DNA of 64,000 nt from Alphaproteobacteria bacterium (GTDB lineage Bacteria > Pseudomonadota > Alphaproteobacteria > GCA-2731375). Both the position numbers and the translations under genes were made by a program. Of the stretch, positions 9,087 to 18,905 are shown in pieces. The stretch is from the NCBI GenBank assembly GCA_965232515.1, contig CBDDPY010000002.1, positions 3,776,001 to 3,840,000 of the forward strand, given 5' to 3'. Under the pieces are notes generated by a model that did no database searches, was not told where the DNA came from, and saw only the letters and a program-made list of their open reading frames with translations. Positions within the stretch are counted from its first letter, which is position 1; every line of letters starts with the position of its first letter.

Positions 9087-9805
9087 CGGCGATCCTGGAG
9101 GCGCATGGCCTGCACAAGCGGTTCGGCGGTCTCGCCGCCGTCTCGGATGTCGACCTGGCGATCGAGGAAGGCGAGATCCACTGCCTGATCGGCCCCAACG
9201 GCGCCGGCAAGAGCACGTTGTTCAAGCTGCTGCTGGGCACCTACGATCCGTCCGCCGGCCGGGTCATGTTCCAGGGCGTCGACGTGACCCGGCAGAAACC
9301 CTTCGAGCGTGTGCTGCACGGCATGAGCATCAAGATGCAGGTGCCGAGCGTGTTTCGCGATCTGCCGGTATCGCAGAACCTGGTGATCGCGCTGCAACGC
9401 CGGCTGCCGCGGGCCGAGATCGACGCCGAGATGCGACAGCTTCTAACCCTGCTGGAACTGGAAGCGGAGATCGACAAGCCGGCCGGCGAACTGTCGCACG
9501 GCCAGCAGCAGTGGCTGGAGATCGGCATGGCGCTGGCCCTGCGGCCGCAACTGCTGCTGCTGGACGAACCGACCGCGGGCATGTCAACGGACGAGACCTT
9601 CCGGACCGGCGAGCTGATCCAGCGCTTGAATGCCTCCGGCATGACCATCCTCGTGGTCGAGCACGACATGGCTTTCATCCGGCAGATTGCGCAGCGGGTG
9701 ACGGTCCTGCATCTGGGCCGGGTCTTCGCCCAGGATTCGATCGACAAGATCATCGCCGACCCGCGCGTCGCCGAAATCTATCTCGGGAAGACCGATGTCG
9801 ACTGA
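9083..9805 (+). CDS. ABC transporter ATP-binding protein (UrtD/LivG-like)
   Basis: GTG start in GTGA overlap. GPNGAGKS, LSHGQQQWLEIG, LLLDEP. Confidence 0.9.
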   Translation: MTAILEAHGLHKRFGGLAAVSDVDLAIEEGEIHCLIGPNGAGKSTLFKLLLGTYDPSAGRVMFQGVDVTRQKPFERVLHGMSIKMQVPSVFRDLPVSQNLVIALQRRLPRAEIDAEMRQLLTLLELEAEIDKPAGELSHGQQQWLEIGMALALRPQLLLLDEPTAGMSTDETFRTGELIQRLNASGMTILVVEHDMAFIRQIAQRVTVLHLGRVFAQDSIDKIIADPRVAEIYLGKTDVD

Positions 9806-10508
9806 GCCCGTGCTGTCGGTGACCGGGCTGCATGCCGGCTACGGGCCGACGCCGATCCTGCAAGGCGTCGACCTGCAGGTGGCGCGCGGCGAGATCGTCA
9901 GCCTGATCGGACGCAACGGCGTCGGCAAGACCACGATCCTGCGCTGCCTGATGGGTCAGCTCCGGGTCACGGCCGGCGAGATCCGCTATCTCGATCAGGA
10001 CATCACCAAACTGACGCCGGACGCGCGGGCACGGCTGGGGATCGGCTACATTCCGCAGGGGCGGGAGGTCTTTCCCCGCCTCACGGTGGAAGAGAATCTT
10101 TATGTCGGCGAGCTGATTGGCGGGCCGAAGGGCCGCAAGGTGGCCGATCGGGTCTACGACTATTTCCCGCGCCTGCATGAGCGCCGTGGCCAGGCCGCTG
10201 GCACCATGAGCGGCGGCGAACAACAACAGCTCGCCATCGGCCGGGCGCTGATCGGCAACCCATCCCTGCTGCTGCTCGACGAACCGTCGGAGGGCATTCA
10301 GCCGTCGATCGCGCAGATGATCTGCGAGGCGCTGAAATCGATCCGGGACGAGCTGGGCAGCACCATTCTGTTCGTCGAACAGAACCTGGACACCATCATG
10401 ACGCTGAGCGAACGTTGCTATGTCGTCGAGAAGGGGCGCATCGATGCGCATATCGACGCCGGGCAACTCGCCGACCGGAATACCGTACGCCAAAGCCTGC
10501 TGATCTGA
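9795..10508 (+). CDS. ABC transporter ATP-binding protein (UrtE/LivF-like)
   Basis: GRNGVGKT, MSGGEQQQ, LLDEPSEGIQPSI. Confidence 0.92.
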   Translation: MSTEPVLSVTGLHAGYGPTPILQGVDLQVARGEIVSLIGRNGVGKTTILRCLMGQLRVTAGEIRYLDQDITKLTPDARARLGIGYIPQGREVFPRLTVEENLYVGELIGGPKGRKVADRVYDYFPRLHERRGQAAGTMSGGEQQQLAIGRALIGNPSLLLLDEPSEGIQPSIAQMICEALKSIRDELGSTILFVEQNLDTIMTLSERCYVVEKGRIDAHIDAGQLADRNTVRQSLLI

Positions 10509-10542
10509 GCCGGGTCGCGCGTATTGCGGAGGAGCAAGGGAC

Positions 10543-11304
10543 ATGGATCTCGGACTAAAAGGATTGCGCGCCGTGGTGAGCGGCGGAACCAAGGGCATCG
10601 GGCGGGCGATCGCCGACGCGCTGGCCGACGACGGCGCCGGCGTATCGATCTGCGCCCGCGACGCGGATGAGGTCGGGTCGGCCGTGGCGGCGCTGTCGGC
10701 GAAGGGCGTTCCGGCATTCGGCCAGGCTTGCGACGTCGCCGATGCGGCAGCCCTGAAAGCCTGGGTCACCGGCGCGGCGGAGCAGCTCGGCGGCATCGAT
10801 ATCGTCATCGCCAATGTCAGCGCGCTCGCGATCGGCGCCGACGAGGACAGCTGGCGCAAGAGCTTCGAGGTCGATCTCATGCACAGCGTGCGCATGGTCG
10901 AAGCGGCGACGCCCTTTCTGGAGCAGAGCGAGGCGGCCTCGGTGGTGACGGTCTCGAGCGTTTCGGGCCGGGAGATCGACTTCGCGGCCGGCCCGTACGG
11001 CGCCTTCAAGGCGGCGCTGATCCACTACACCCAGGGCCTGGCCTTCCAACTGGCGGGCAAGGGCATTCGCGCCAACAGCGTGTCGCCCGGCAACACCTAT
11101 TTCGACGGCGGCGTCTGGCAGCAGATCGAAGAGGGCAACCCGGACTTCTTCAAAGAAGCGCTGGCGTTGAACCCGACCGGCCGGATGGCGAAGCCCGAGG
11201 AGATCGCGCGCGCCGTTGTCTTCCTGGCCAGCCCCGCCGCCAGCTTCATCATGGGCACGAACCTGGTGGTCGACGGCGCGTTGACCCGCGGCGTGCAACT
11301 CTGA
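10543..11304 (+). CDS. Short-chain dehydrogenase/reductase
   Basis: SGGTKGIG; YGAFK (YxxxK). Confidence 0.9.
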   Translation: MDLGLKGLRAVVSGGTKGIGRAIADALADDGAGVSICARDADEVGSAVAALSAKGVPAFGQACDVADAAALKAWVTGAAEQLGGIDIVIANVSALAIGADEDSWRKSFEVDLMHSVRMVEAATPFLEQSEAASVVTVSSVSGREIDFAAGPYGAFKAALIHYTQGLAFQLAGKGIRANSVSPGNTYFDGGVWQQIEEGNPDFFKEALALNPTGRMAKPEEIARAVVFLASPAASFIMGTNLVVDGALTRGVQL

Positions 11305-11430
11305 GCCGACGGTACGTTCGAGCATCGCCCTTTCCGGCACGGTCGATGCCAGGACCGGATTGAAGACTATCAGCCGGACATCGGCACATTGGCTGGGCTG
11401 TTCACGGGCTCGCCACCCCGTGGAACATGG

Positions 11431-13206
11431 CTAGCGACCGTAAACCGGCGTCGGAATGCCTTCCATACGCGCTTTGATCTGCAAGGAAACATAAAGCGAG
11501 AACTGGCGGGACAGGGCGAGGTTGCCGCCATGGAACCAGAGCGCTTCCTGCTTCGTCGGCTTCCACATGTTGCGCAATTCCCCTTCCCAGGGACCGGGGT
11601 CGCCCCGGATGCCGGAGCCGTAACCCCAGAACTTGCCCACGGTCTCGGCCACCTCGTCGGAGATCAGGTGCGCGACCATTTCATCCATCGAGCCATAGCC
11701 GGTCGCGTGAATGATCACATCGGCGGGAAGCTCCTGACCGTCCTCAAACGCAATCCCGGTTTCGGTGAATTCCTTGATCTCGACACCCGGCTTCAACTTG
11801 ATCTCACCCTTGGCGATCAGGTCGGACGCCCCGACATCGATGTAATAGCCCGATGCGGTCCGCAGGGCCTGGGCCATCAGACCGGAAGCGTCTTCACCGA
11901 AGTTGAGCAGGAAGCCTGCGGCCTCGAGCCGGGCATAGAAGTCCGCGTCGACCCGGGCAATTTCCGCATACAGAGGCGTTTGCGATTCCGCCAGCAAGGC
12001 ATAGGGGACGGACGCCGCGATCAGGTCGGCCTTCTCCGTATCGATGCCACGGGCCAGCGCCTCCTCGGAATAGAGCGCCGCGAAGCCAAGCGTCATCAAC
12101 GTCTCCGACCGCACGACAATGGTCGGCGACCGCTGAATCATGGTGACGTCGGCGTCATGCTCCCACAAATCGACACAGATATCGTGCGCCGAGCTGCCCG
12201 ATCCGATGACCAGGCATTTCCTGCCCCTGAAGTCTTCGCCGCTGGAGAACTGACTGGTGTGGATGGCGGCGCCTTTGAAACGGTCAGCGCCGGGAAAATC
12301 GATCACCTTCGCATAGCCGTAGGCGCCGGTGGCGAACACGAGCTGTTTGGGACGTAACTCGATGTCGTTGTCGCCACGCGTGACCCGGACCCGCCATTCC
12401 TTGCCGGCCTCATCGAATTCGGCCTGCCGGCACTCGGTCTCGGTCCAATAGTCCAGCTCCATCACCCGGGCATACATCTCCAGCCAATCGCCGAACTTGT
12501 CCTTCGGCGTGAAAACCGGCCAGTCGTCGGGAAATGGCAGATAAGGCATGTGGTCGTACCAGACCGGATCATGCAGCACGAGCGAGCGATAGCGGTTTCG
12601 CCAGGAATCGCCCGCGCGCTTGTTCTTCTCGACGACGAGCGTCGACACCCCCAACCGCTTCAGGCGCGCGGCGAGCGCGATCCCACCCTGCCCGCCGCCG
12701 ATGATCAGACAATACGGTTGTTTTTCGTAGCCGAGCGCGGCCGTTTCGGCTCGACGCCGGTCCTGCCAGGTTTCGCGGTTCTTGACCGCGCCATGTTTGA
12801 CGCCGTTGATCCGGCTCCTGCCCTTGCGTTCCTCGTGCCCTTTCAATTCGGTCATGGTGGTCAGAAGCGTCCGACACTTGCCCGCAACCAGACGCAGGAG
12901 CCCGCGGCCTCTGGCCACCGCGGTTTCGAACCTGAACCAAACCTCGATAACGCCATCGTCGAGCATGGTTTCGTCTTCGACCCGCCAGGCACTTGGCGCC
13001 GTCGCATCGAGGGTTTGCGTCAGCATGTCGGCGATCCCCGCCGGCCCCTCCACGGTTTTGATATTCCAGGTGAAGGTCAGGAAATCGCGCCAATAGCATT
13101 CCGGCGCGAAGCAGGCGACCGTACCCGGGATATCGCGACGCTCGAGCGCGTCCGCGAACCCGGCGAGCCAGGCTTCAGCGGTGGTTTGTTGGCGCGTGTC
13201 GTTCAT
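11431..13206 (-). CDS. Flavin-containing monooxygenase with N-terminal extension (type II FMO-like)
   Basis: GGGQGG, FKGAAIHTSQF (FxGxxxHxxxF), GSGSSA and ATGY motifs. About 160-aa N-terminal extension containing WRDFLTFTWN. Confidence 0.88.
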   Translation of the reverse strand: MNDTRQQTTAEAWLAGFADALERRDIPGTVACFAPECYWRDFLTFTWNIKTVEGPAGIADMLTQTLDATAPSAWRVEDETMLDDGVIEVWFRFETAVARGRGLLRLVAGKCRTLLTTMTELKGHEERKGRSRINGVKHGAVKNRETWQDRRRAETAALGYEKQPYCLIIGGGQGGIALAARLKRLGVSTLVVEKNKRAGDSWRNRYRSLVLHDPVWYDHMPYLPFPDDWPVFTPKDKFGDWLEMYARVMELDYWTETECRQAEFDEAGKEWRVRVTRGDNDIELRPKQLVFATGAYGYAKVIDFPGADRFKGAAIHTSQFSSGEDFRGRKCLVIGSGSSAHDICVDLWEHDADVTMIQRSPTIVVRSETLMTLGFAALYSEEALARGIDTEKADLIAASVPYALLAESQTPLYAEIARVDADFYARLEAAGFLLNFGEDASGLMAQALRTASGYYIDVGASDLIAKGEIKLKPGVEIKEFTETGIAFEDGQELPADVIIHATGYGSMDEMVAHLISDEVAETVGKFWGYGSGIRGDPGPWEGELRNMWKPTKQEALWFHGGNLALSRQFSLYVSLQIKARMEGIPTPVYGR

Positions 13207-13236
13207 GGCGTACGGTCACGTTTTCGGATGGCGGTC

Positions 13237-14331
13237 TCAGGCCAGATGTATCGCCTGCTCGGTTTCGATGCTCTCTTCGGCCGCCAGAACGATGCGCAGG
13301 CTGTTGACGGCCGCATCCATGGATTCGCTCAGGTCGAGGTCTTCACGGATCGCCTTCAGAAAGTAGGCCTGTTCCCGGTCGCAGAGTTCCTGGTGATCGG
13401 GCTCGTCCTCCATGCTCATGATCTCGTCGGGTTTGGCGAAGTTCTTGTCGGCATCGACGGCGGCGTGATGGATTTTCAGAGCGTTGGTCTTGGTGTGCTG
13501 ATCGATATCGGCGGAATCGGACACATCGTCCTTCTGCTGCCCGCCACCTTCGCCGTCTTGCGGCACGACGATGGAAACGGCGCCCTTGGGACCGACGACG
13601 TCTTTCACGAAAAAGGCGATCTCGCTCATCATCGGCCCCCAGCCGGCCTCATACCAGCCGACCGAGCCGTCATCGAAGGTCACGTGCAGATGGCCGTAGT
13701 TCTGCTTCGCCGCATCGGCCCACAGGCTGGCGCCGATGCCGTGCACGCGCACCGGCTTCGCGCCGGTCAGCTGGCACATCACGTCGACATAGTGCACGCC
13801 GCAATCGACGATCGGGATCAGGGAATCGATCAGGTTCTTGTGCCAGGCCCAGGCCGGCCCGCTGCTCTGCTGGTTGAGGTTGAGCCGCATCACCAACGGT
13901 TTGCCGAGCGTCTTGCCGACTTCGATGAATTTCACCCAGGACGGATGCACGCGAAGGATATAGCCCAACACCAGTTTTCGGTTCTTGGCGCGGGCGGCGG
14001 CGACGACTTTTTCAGCGTCCTCGATATTCGTCGCGATCGGTTTTTCCATGAACACGTGGCAATTGGCGTCGAAAGCCTTGAGGGCATATTCGGCATGGGT
14101 ATTCGGCCACGTGTTGATCGACACCGCGTCCGGCCGGGTTTCCGCCAGGGCCTGCTCGTAGTCCTCGAACAGCGGATAGCCCGCCAGCTCCGCGGGGATG
14201 TCGGTGCGGCTCTTGATCGTCCGGCTCATGATCCCGACGATCTCGAAGCCGTCCATGTTGTGATAGGCCTTGGCGTGCGAGACGCCCATATTGCCCAGAC
14301 CGACGACCAGTATTTTCAACTTATCAGCCAT
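13237..14331 (-). CDS. Gfo/Idh/MocA family NAD(P)-dependent oxidoreductase
   Basis: GLGNMG, MEKP, DCGVHYVD. Confidence 0.9.
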   Translation of the reverse strand: MADKLKILVVGLGNMGVSHAKAYHNMDGFEIVGIMSRTIKSRTDIPAELAGYPLFEDYEQALAETRPDAVSINTWPNTHAEYALKAFDANCHVFMEKPIATNIEDAEKVVAAARAKNRKLVLGYILRVHPSWVKFIEVGKTLGKPLVMRLNLNQQSSGPAWAWHKNLIDSLIPIVDCGVHYVDVMCQLTGAKPVRVHGIGASLWADAAKQNYGHLHVTFDDGSVGWYEAGWGPMMSEIAFFVKDVVGPKGAVSIVVPQDGEGGGQQKDDVSDSADIDQHTKTNALKIHHAAVDADKNFAKPDEIMSMEDEPDHQELCDREQAYFLKAIREDLDLSESMDAAVNSLRIVLAAEESIETEQAIHLA

Positions 14332-14470
14332 GATTCATTCCCCCAGCGGAAGGCAGGCGTGGGACACAGGCCCTGTTGCTCGACGGACGCTGCCGGCACC
14401 GCGATGCCGGCGTCCGGCGCGGAACCGGCGGGCGCCCGCATCGGGGCGTCCGCCAATCCCGGAACACCGA

Positions 14471-15646
14471 TCAGCGAACGGCGTTGGCGAAGAAGCGTTC
14501 TTTGATCGCGTCGATATCAACGGCCGCCATATCGGCCGACAGTTCGTAGCCATCGGCATCGGCCTTGACCTTGGCCTTGTCGAAGCTGTTCGCCGGACCG
14601 ATGAATTCGTTGCTGACGACTTTCGACACATCGACCGGTTTGGTCAGCTGGCCAATGTCGTTCAATGTCTTGAAGAACAGCTCCCATCGAGCCATTTCGT
14701 GCCAGCCCCAGCCTTCCCGCTTCGACATGTCGCCACGGAAAACGTTGGCCAGCTGCATCATCGATTCGGTCCCCAATTCCGTGCCGAGATTCTTCTTCAC
14801 GATCGGGAACTGCTTGAAGACGATCTCGGTCGCCGCCAAGGGATTCTGATGTCCGAATTCCATGCCCATAGCCCAGCCGCGCAGATACGCTTCCAGGAAT
14901 TTGTGGCGCTCGGCATCGGCAATATCACTCCGCCGGACAACAAAGGAGTTTGCCGGGAAGTTGGAATGATCGACGCCGAGCCAATATTCGAACTCCAGGC
15001 CCTTGCCGGTCCAGTCGGCCCGCAAGCCTTCCCATGCCAGCGCGGCATCGCCCTGACCTGACGCCAGAACCGTGCCCCATTGCGGCCAGCCGGCCTCGAC
15101 ATACTTGATCTTTTTCGGATCGACACCGGCGGCGGCAAACATCGGATCGGTGATCGATTGCCAGGCGGCGCTGCCCAGCAGCACGGTCTTGCCTTCCATA
15201 TCCTTCAGGTCTTTCACGCCCTCGCCGGGACGGAAGGCGAAATCGAAGACGTCCAGCGCGCCCATGTTGAAGACGGAAACCAGATCCATGTCGTTCTGCA
15301 GGGCGAACGAGAACACGCCCGGCGACGGGAAACCCATATCGGCCTGACCGAGCGCGACGAACTTTACGGTCGACGTGCCATCCGAAGGACCAGGTTCCAT
15401 CTTGGTTTCGAGGTCGCCGAAATAGCCCATGGCCTTGGCAACCCAATAGCCATAGTCGTCAAGCACCTCCAACGTGCCGCGCGGCGAAATCCAGGTAAAC
15501 GGCTTGTCCGCCGCGCTCGCGGCACCGCACAACAACGACGTGCCGCCCAGCGTCGATGCCACGACCGCGCCACTGGCGGACACTTGCAGGAACCGTCGAC
15601 GGTCCATGCCGCCCCGTTTGATGTTGTTATTGGTTATTTCCGACAT
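14471..15646 (-). CDS. NitT/TauT-family ABC substrate-binding protein, Tat signal
   Basis: MDRRRFLQ twin-arginine signal. In an operon with a NitT/TauT permease and ATPase. Confidence 0.82.
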   Translation of the reverse strand: MSEITNNNIKRGGMDRRRFLQVSASGAVVASTLGGTSLLCGAASAADKPFTWISPRGTLEVLDDYGYWVAKAMGYFGDLETKMEPGPSDGTSTVKFVALGQADMGFPSPGVFSFALQNDMDLVSVFNMGALDVFDFAFRPGEGVKDLKDMEGKTVLLGSAAWQSITDPMFAAAGVDPKKIKYVEAGWPQWGTVLASGQGDAALAWEGLRADWTGKGLEFEYWLGVDHSNFPANSFVVRRSDIADAERHKFLEAYLRGWAMGMEFGHQNPLAATEIVFKQFPIVKKNLGTELGTESMMQLANVFRGDMSKREGWGWHEMARWELFFKTLNDIGQLTKPVDVSKVVSNEFIGPANSFDKAKVKADADGYELSADMAAVDIDAIKERFFANAVR

Positions 15647-15764
15647 TTCATCCTCCTCCTTATCGGGCCATTCTTCGGTTCTGTTCTTGGCGAATGCCTT
15701 TGTGCTCCGGGCCCGTCATGTCGTGCAAATCCGGCTCGCTCGATTGCCGGACCTTTCAGATTTT

Positions 15765-16622
15765 CTATGCCTCCCAACTCGCCCACTTCTTCCCGATCAG
15801 GAAGAAGGTGACGTAGATCAGGATACCCAATATCGACAGGATCAGGATCACGGCGAAGAACTGCGGCATCTGCAGCGTCGCGGAAAACGTCGTCAGCCGG
15901 TTGCCGAGGCCAAATCCGCCACCGACCATTTCGGCGCCGACAGCCGTCAGCAGGCCGAAGATCGCGCCGATCATCAAGCCGACGATGATCATCGGCATCG
16001 CCATCGGCACGCGGATCTTCATGAATATCTGCATGGTCGTGGCGCCGAAAGACCGCGCCAGCGCGATCTTCGCCAGATCGACCCGGCGAAAGCCCGTTGC
16101 CGAATTGATCATCACCATCGGACCCGATGCCAGCGCCACGGCAATGATCCGCGGCTCGTAGCCGAACCCGAAATAAAGGATCAGCAGCGGCACCAGCGCC
16201 AGCATCGGCGTGGTGACGAGCATCAGAATGTAGGGCGCAATGATTTTCTCAACGAAGGGGAACTGGGTGATGACCGCGGCCAGGATCAGGCCGACCGAGG
16301 CGCCGATGCCATAGCCGGCAAACAACTCGATCAGCGTGTGACCGAGATGGGGACCGATAAATTCGAAATCCTGGAACAGGGCCAGGACAATCAGACTGGG
16401 CGGCGGCATGACGTAAAGCGGGATCTCCGCCAGCCGCAAATAGGCTTCGGCACCGCCAACGATGCAAACCGCGATCAGGACAATCGCCACGACCTCGCGG
16501 ATGGATTTGATACCTGGCCCACTGGTGATGCCCGATGGCGCGACGAGACTGGCGGATTGTTGTTGACCCGCCGCGTCTCCGCCGAACTCCGGGATCTTAT
16601 CGCCTAGCGCTTTATCAACCAT
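15765..16622 (-). CDS. NitT/TauT-family ABC permease
   Basis: PPPS motif, PMLALVPL, ARSFGAT EAA-like loop, VGAE. Confidence 0.88.
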   Translation of the reverse strand: MVDKALGDKIPEFGGDAAGQQQSASLVAPSGITSGPGIKSIREVVAIVLIAVCIVGGAEAYLRLAEIPLYVMPPPSLIVLALFQDFEFIGPHLGHTLIELFAGYGIGASVGLILAAVITQFPFVEKIIAPYILMLVTTPMLALVPLLILYFGFGYEPRIIAVALASGPMVMINSATGFRRVDLAKIALARSFGATTMQIFMKIRVPMAMPMIIVGLMIGAIFGLLTAVGAEMVGGGFGLGNRLTTFSATLQMPQFFAVILILSILGILIYVTFFLIGKKWASWEA

Positions 16623-16635
16623 CGTTGCGGCCTCT

Positions 16636-17457
16636 CTACGACAAGCTTTCCGCCGGCATGTTCACGTCGCTCCCGGCAACCTGTTGGGGGCCATGTTCAA
16701 TTTCCGCCTTGATCTCATTGACCAGGTCGAACACCTCCCTGGTCGCCAGAAGATCGAGCGTTCTGGGCCGCGGAAACGGAATGGCAAAAACCTTGGCCAG
16801 CCGGCCCGGGCGGGCGGACATGACAAAGACCCGGTCGGACAGAAAGATTGCCTCGGCGATGTTGTGCGTAATGAAGACGATGGTCTTGCGGGTCTCCAGC
16901 CAGATCTCCTCGACCAGCATGTTCATCTCGTCGCGCGTGAACGCATCCAGCGCGCCGAACGGCTCGTCCATCAACAGCACGGACGGATTGAAGGACAGGG
17001 CCCGAACGATGGCCGCCCTTTGCTGCATGCCGCCCGACAATTCGCGCGGAAACTTGTTGCCGAACCCGCCAAGACCGACGCGTTCCAGCAGCCGGTCTAT
17101 GCGGTCGGCATCCGGTTTGACGCCCTTGATTTCGAACGGCAGCTCTATGTTTTTCGCCAGGTTTCGCCAGGGCAGCAGATTTGCTTCCTGGAACACCATG
17201 CCGATCTGTGGGTGGGGGCCCGTTACCTGCTCGCCGTCGAGATAAACGGCGCCGCTGGTCAAACTGTGCAAACCGGCCATGGACCACAGCAACGTCGTCT
17301 TGCCGCAACCAGATGGTCCGACAACCGAGACGAACTCGCTGTCGTCGACGGACATCGAGTATCGATCGATCGCATGAAGAGGCCCGGATTTTGTCTCGTA
17401 GAATTTGCTCGCGTTATCTACGACCAGTTTATGCGCACCCCCGGTCGCCTCACTCAT
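16636..17457 (-). CDS. NitT/TauT-family ABC ATP-binding protein
   Basis: GPSGCGKT, LSGGMQQR, LMDEPFGALD. Confidence 0.92.
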   Translation of the reverse strand: MSEATGGAHKLVVDNASKFYETKSGPLHAIDRYSMSVDDSEFVSVVGPSGCGKTTLLWSMAGLHSLTSGAVYLDGEQVTGPHPQIGMVFQEANLLPWRNLAKNIELPFEIKGVKPDADRIDRLLERVGLGGFGNKFPRELSGGMQQRAAIVRALSFNPSVLLMDEPFGALDAFTRDEMNMLVEEIWLETRKTIVFITHNIAEAIFLSDRVFVMSARPGRLAKVFAIPFPRPRTLDLLATREVFDLVNEIKAEIEHGPQQVAGSDVNMPAESLS

Positions 17458-17569
17458 ACCGTCACCCCCCTCACCCTGCCTGAACTTATCTTGGATTTTC
17501 TTTTCGTTGTCTCAGATGTCATGCCCGGAAGCGGGCCGCGAATGCGTTGAGGCGGCACCCGGATGCGAA

Positions 17570-17704
17570 TGTAAGTATCTTACACCTGCATATCACGCGC
17601 AACAGATTCAGCGCGATTATTGATGTTGTACTGCCTCGGTTCTAGGATAACCGAAACAATCGGCTTAAGTTTCCTACACGCTCGCGGCATGTTGGAAATC
17701 TACA
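17570..17704. promoter_or_regulatory. Three HexR/RpiR-like operator boxes in the divergent promoter region
   Basis: Perfect TGTAAG-TAT-CTTACA at 17570-17584. Degenerate CTTAAGTTTCCTACA (17664-17678) and TGTTGGAAATCTACA (17690-17704). RpiR gene nearby. Confidence 0.6.
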
Positions 17705-17720
17705 TCGAGAGGCTTCCCAA

Positions 17721-18905
17721 TTGCCACAACGGTCCATGTACTGCTACGCGTGGGATCTGAAGGATGTTGGCGTCCCTGCCTTCGCCGAGGAATTACGCGC
17801 CAGACATCTAAATGCGATCACCCTGGCCTGCGCCTATCACGCCGGCAAATTCCTCAGACCGCATGGCCAGAGCGGCAAGGTCTATTTCCCCGAAGACGGC
17901 ACCGCCTACTTCAAATTTCACGGCGAGCGCTACGGCACCATCAAACCGGACGCCAACCACCTGATGGACGAACAGGACATCCTGGCTGAATGCTGTGCCC
18001 TCGGCGACGTGCCGGTCAATGCCTGGTTGGTGTTGATGCACAACAGCCGGTTGGGAGAGAGGCATCCCGAGGCGTGCGTCGCCAACGCCTTTGGCGACAG
18101 GTTCATCTACAGTCTCTGTCCAGCGGCGCCGGCGGCGCGCGCGTACGCCATCGCCATCTGCCAGGATGTGTCAGGCAGCTATCCGGTCGCCGGACTGACC
18201 TTGGAGACGCCCGGCTTTATGCCGTTCGAGCACGGTTACCACCATGAATTCGGCTTGTTGCGCCAGAATGCCTGGCTCAACAATCTGCTCGGGCTTTGTT
18301 TTTGCGACCATTGCACCGCCGGCGCCACGGCAACCGGCATCGACGTCGCCGGCTTGCGCGATCGGGTTGCCGCGATGATCGACAATTATCTCGCCAGCGA
18401 CATCGACTATGACGACGATATGGCGGATGCCTACTGGCTTGCCGACATCGTCACCGATCCGGATCTCGGCCGGTTCCTGAACTGGCGCTGCGGTGTGGTC
18501 GAGAGCTTGATTGGCGAGATCCGCCAGGCCGTCCGCGATGACTGCGTCATTTCGGTCCTGCCGTCGGTCGCCAGACCGACGGCCGGCGCCTGGTATGAAG
18601 GCAGCGACCTGGCTGGATTGGCACGCGTGGCGGACTATCTGGACGTCTGTTTCTACGAAACGGGACCTGAACGAATTGCGGCCGACCTGCATGATGTCAT
18701 GCGTCGCGTCGGGGATGTCGGCCACCTGCGCGCGGTGTTGCGGCCGGCGCACCCGGATCTGCGCAACGGCGACATGGTCGCGCAGGCCGTTCAGCTGCTG
18801 TGCGCCGCCGGCATCAAGGATATTGGTTTCTACAACTATGGGCATTTGCGCCCCGCCAGCCTGGACTGGATGGCGACGGCCCTGTCAAATCTGGAAGCCG
18901 GATGA
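17721..18905 (+). CDS. Conserved hypothetical protein, probable glycoside-hydrolase-like TIM barrel
   Basis: 394-aa ORF, TTG start, with alternating beta/alpha pattern, LCP and LCFCDHC motifs and C-terminal FYNYG. Stop overlaps the next gene's start. Confidence 0.7.
   Translation: MPQRSMYCYAWDLKDVGVPAFAEELRARHLNAITLACAYHAGKFLRPHGQSGKVYFPEDGTAYFKFHGERYGTIKPDANHLMDEQDILAECCALGDVPVNAWLVLMHNSRLGERHPEACVANAFGDRFIYSLCPAAPAARAYAIAICQDVSGSYPVAGLTLETPGFMPFEHGYHHEFGLLRQNAWLNNLLGLCFCDHCTAGATATGIDVAGLRDRVAAMIDNYLASDIDYDDDMADAYWLADIVTDPDLGRFLNWRCGVVESLIGEIRQAVRDDCVISVLPSVARPTAGAWYEGSDLAGLARVADYLDVCFYETGPERIAADLHDVMRRVGDVGHLRAVLRPAHPDLRNGDMVAQAVQLLCAAGIKDIGFYNYGHLRPASLDWMATALSNLEAG

Noticed and set aside
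5852-10508. True urea transporter urtABCDE
   Set aside because: No urease genes. The amidase context suggests amides, so gene symbols were withheld.
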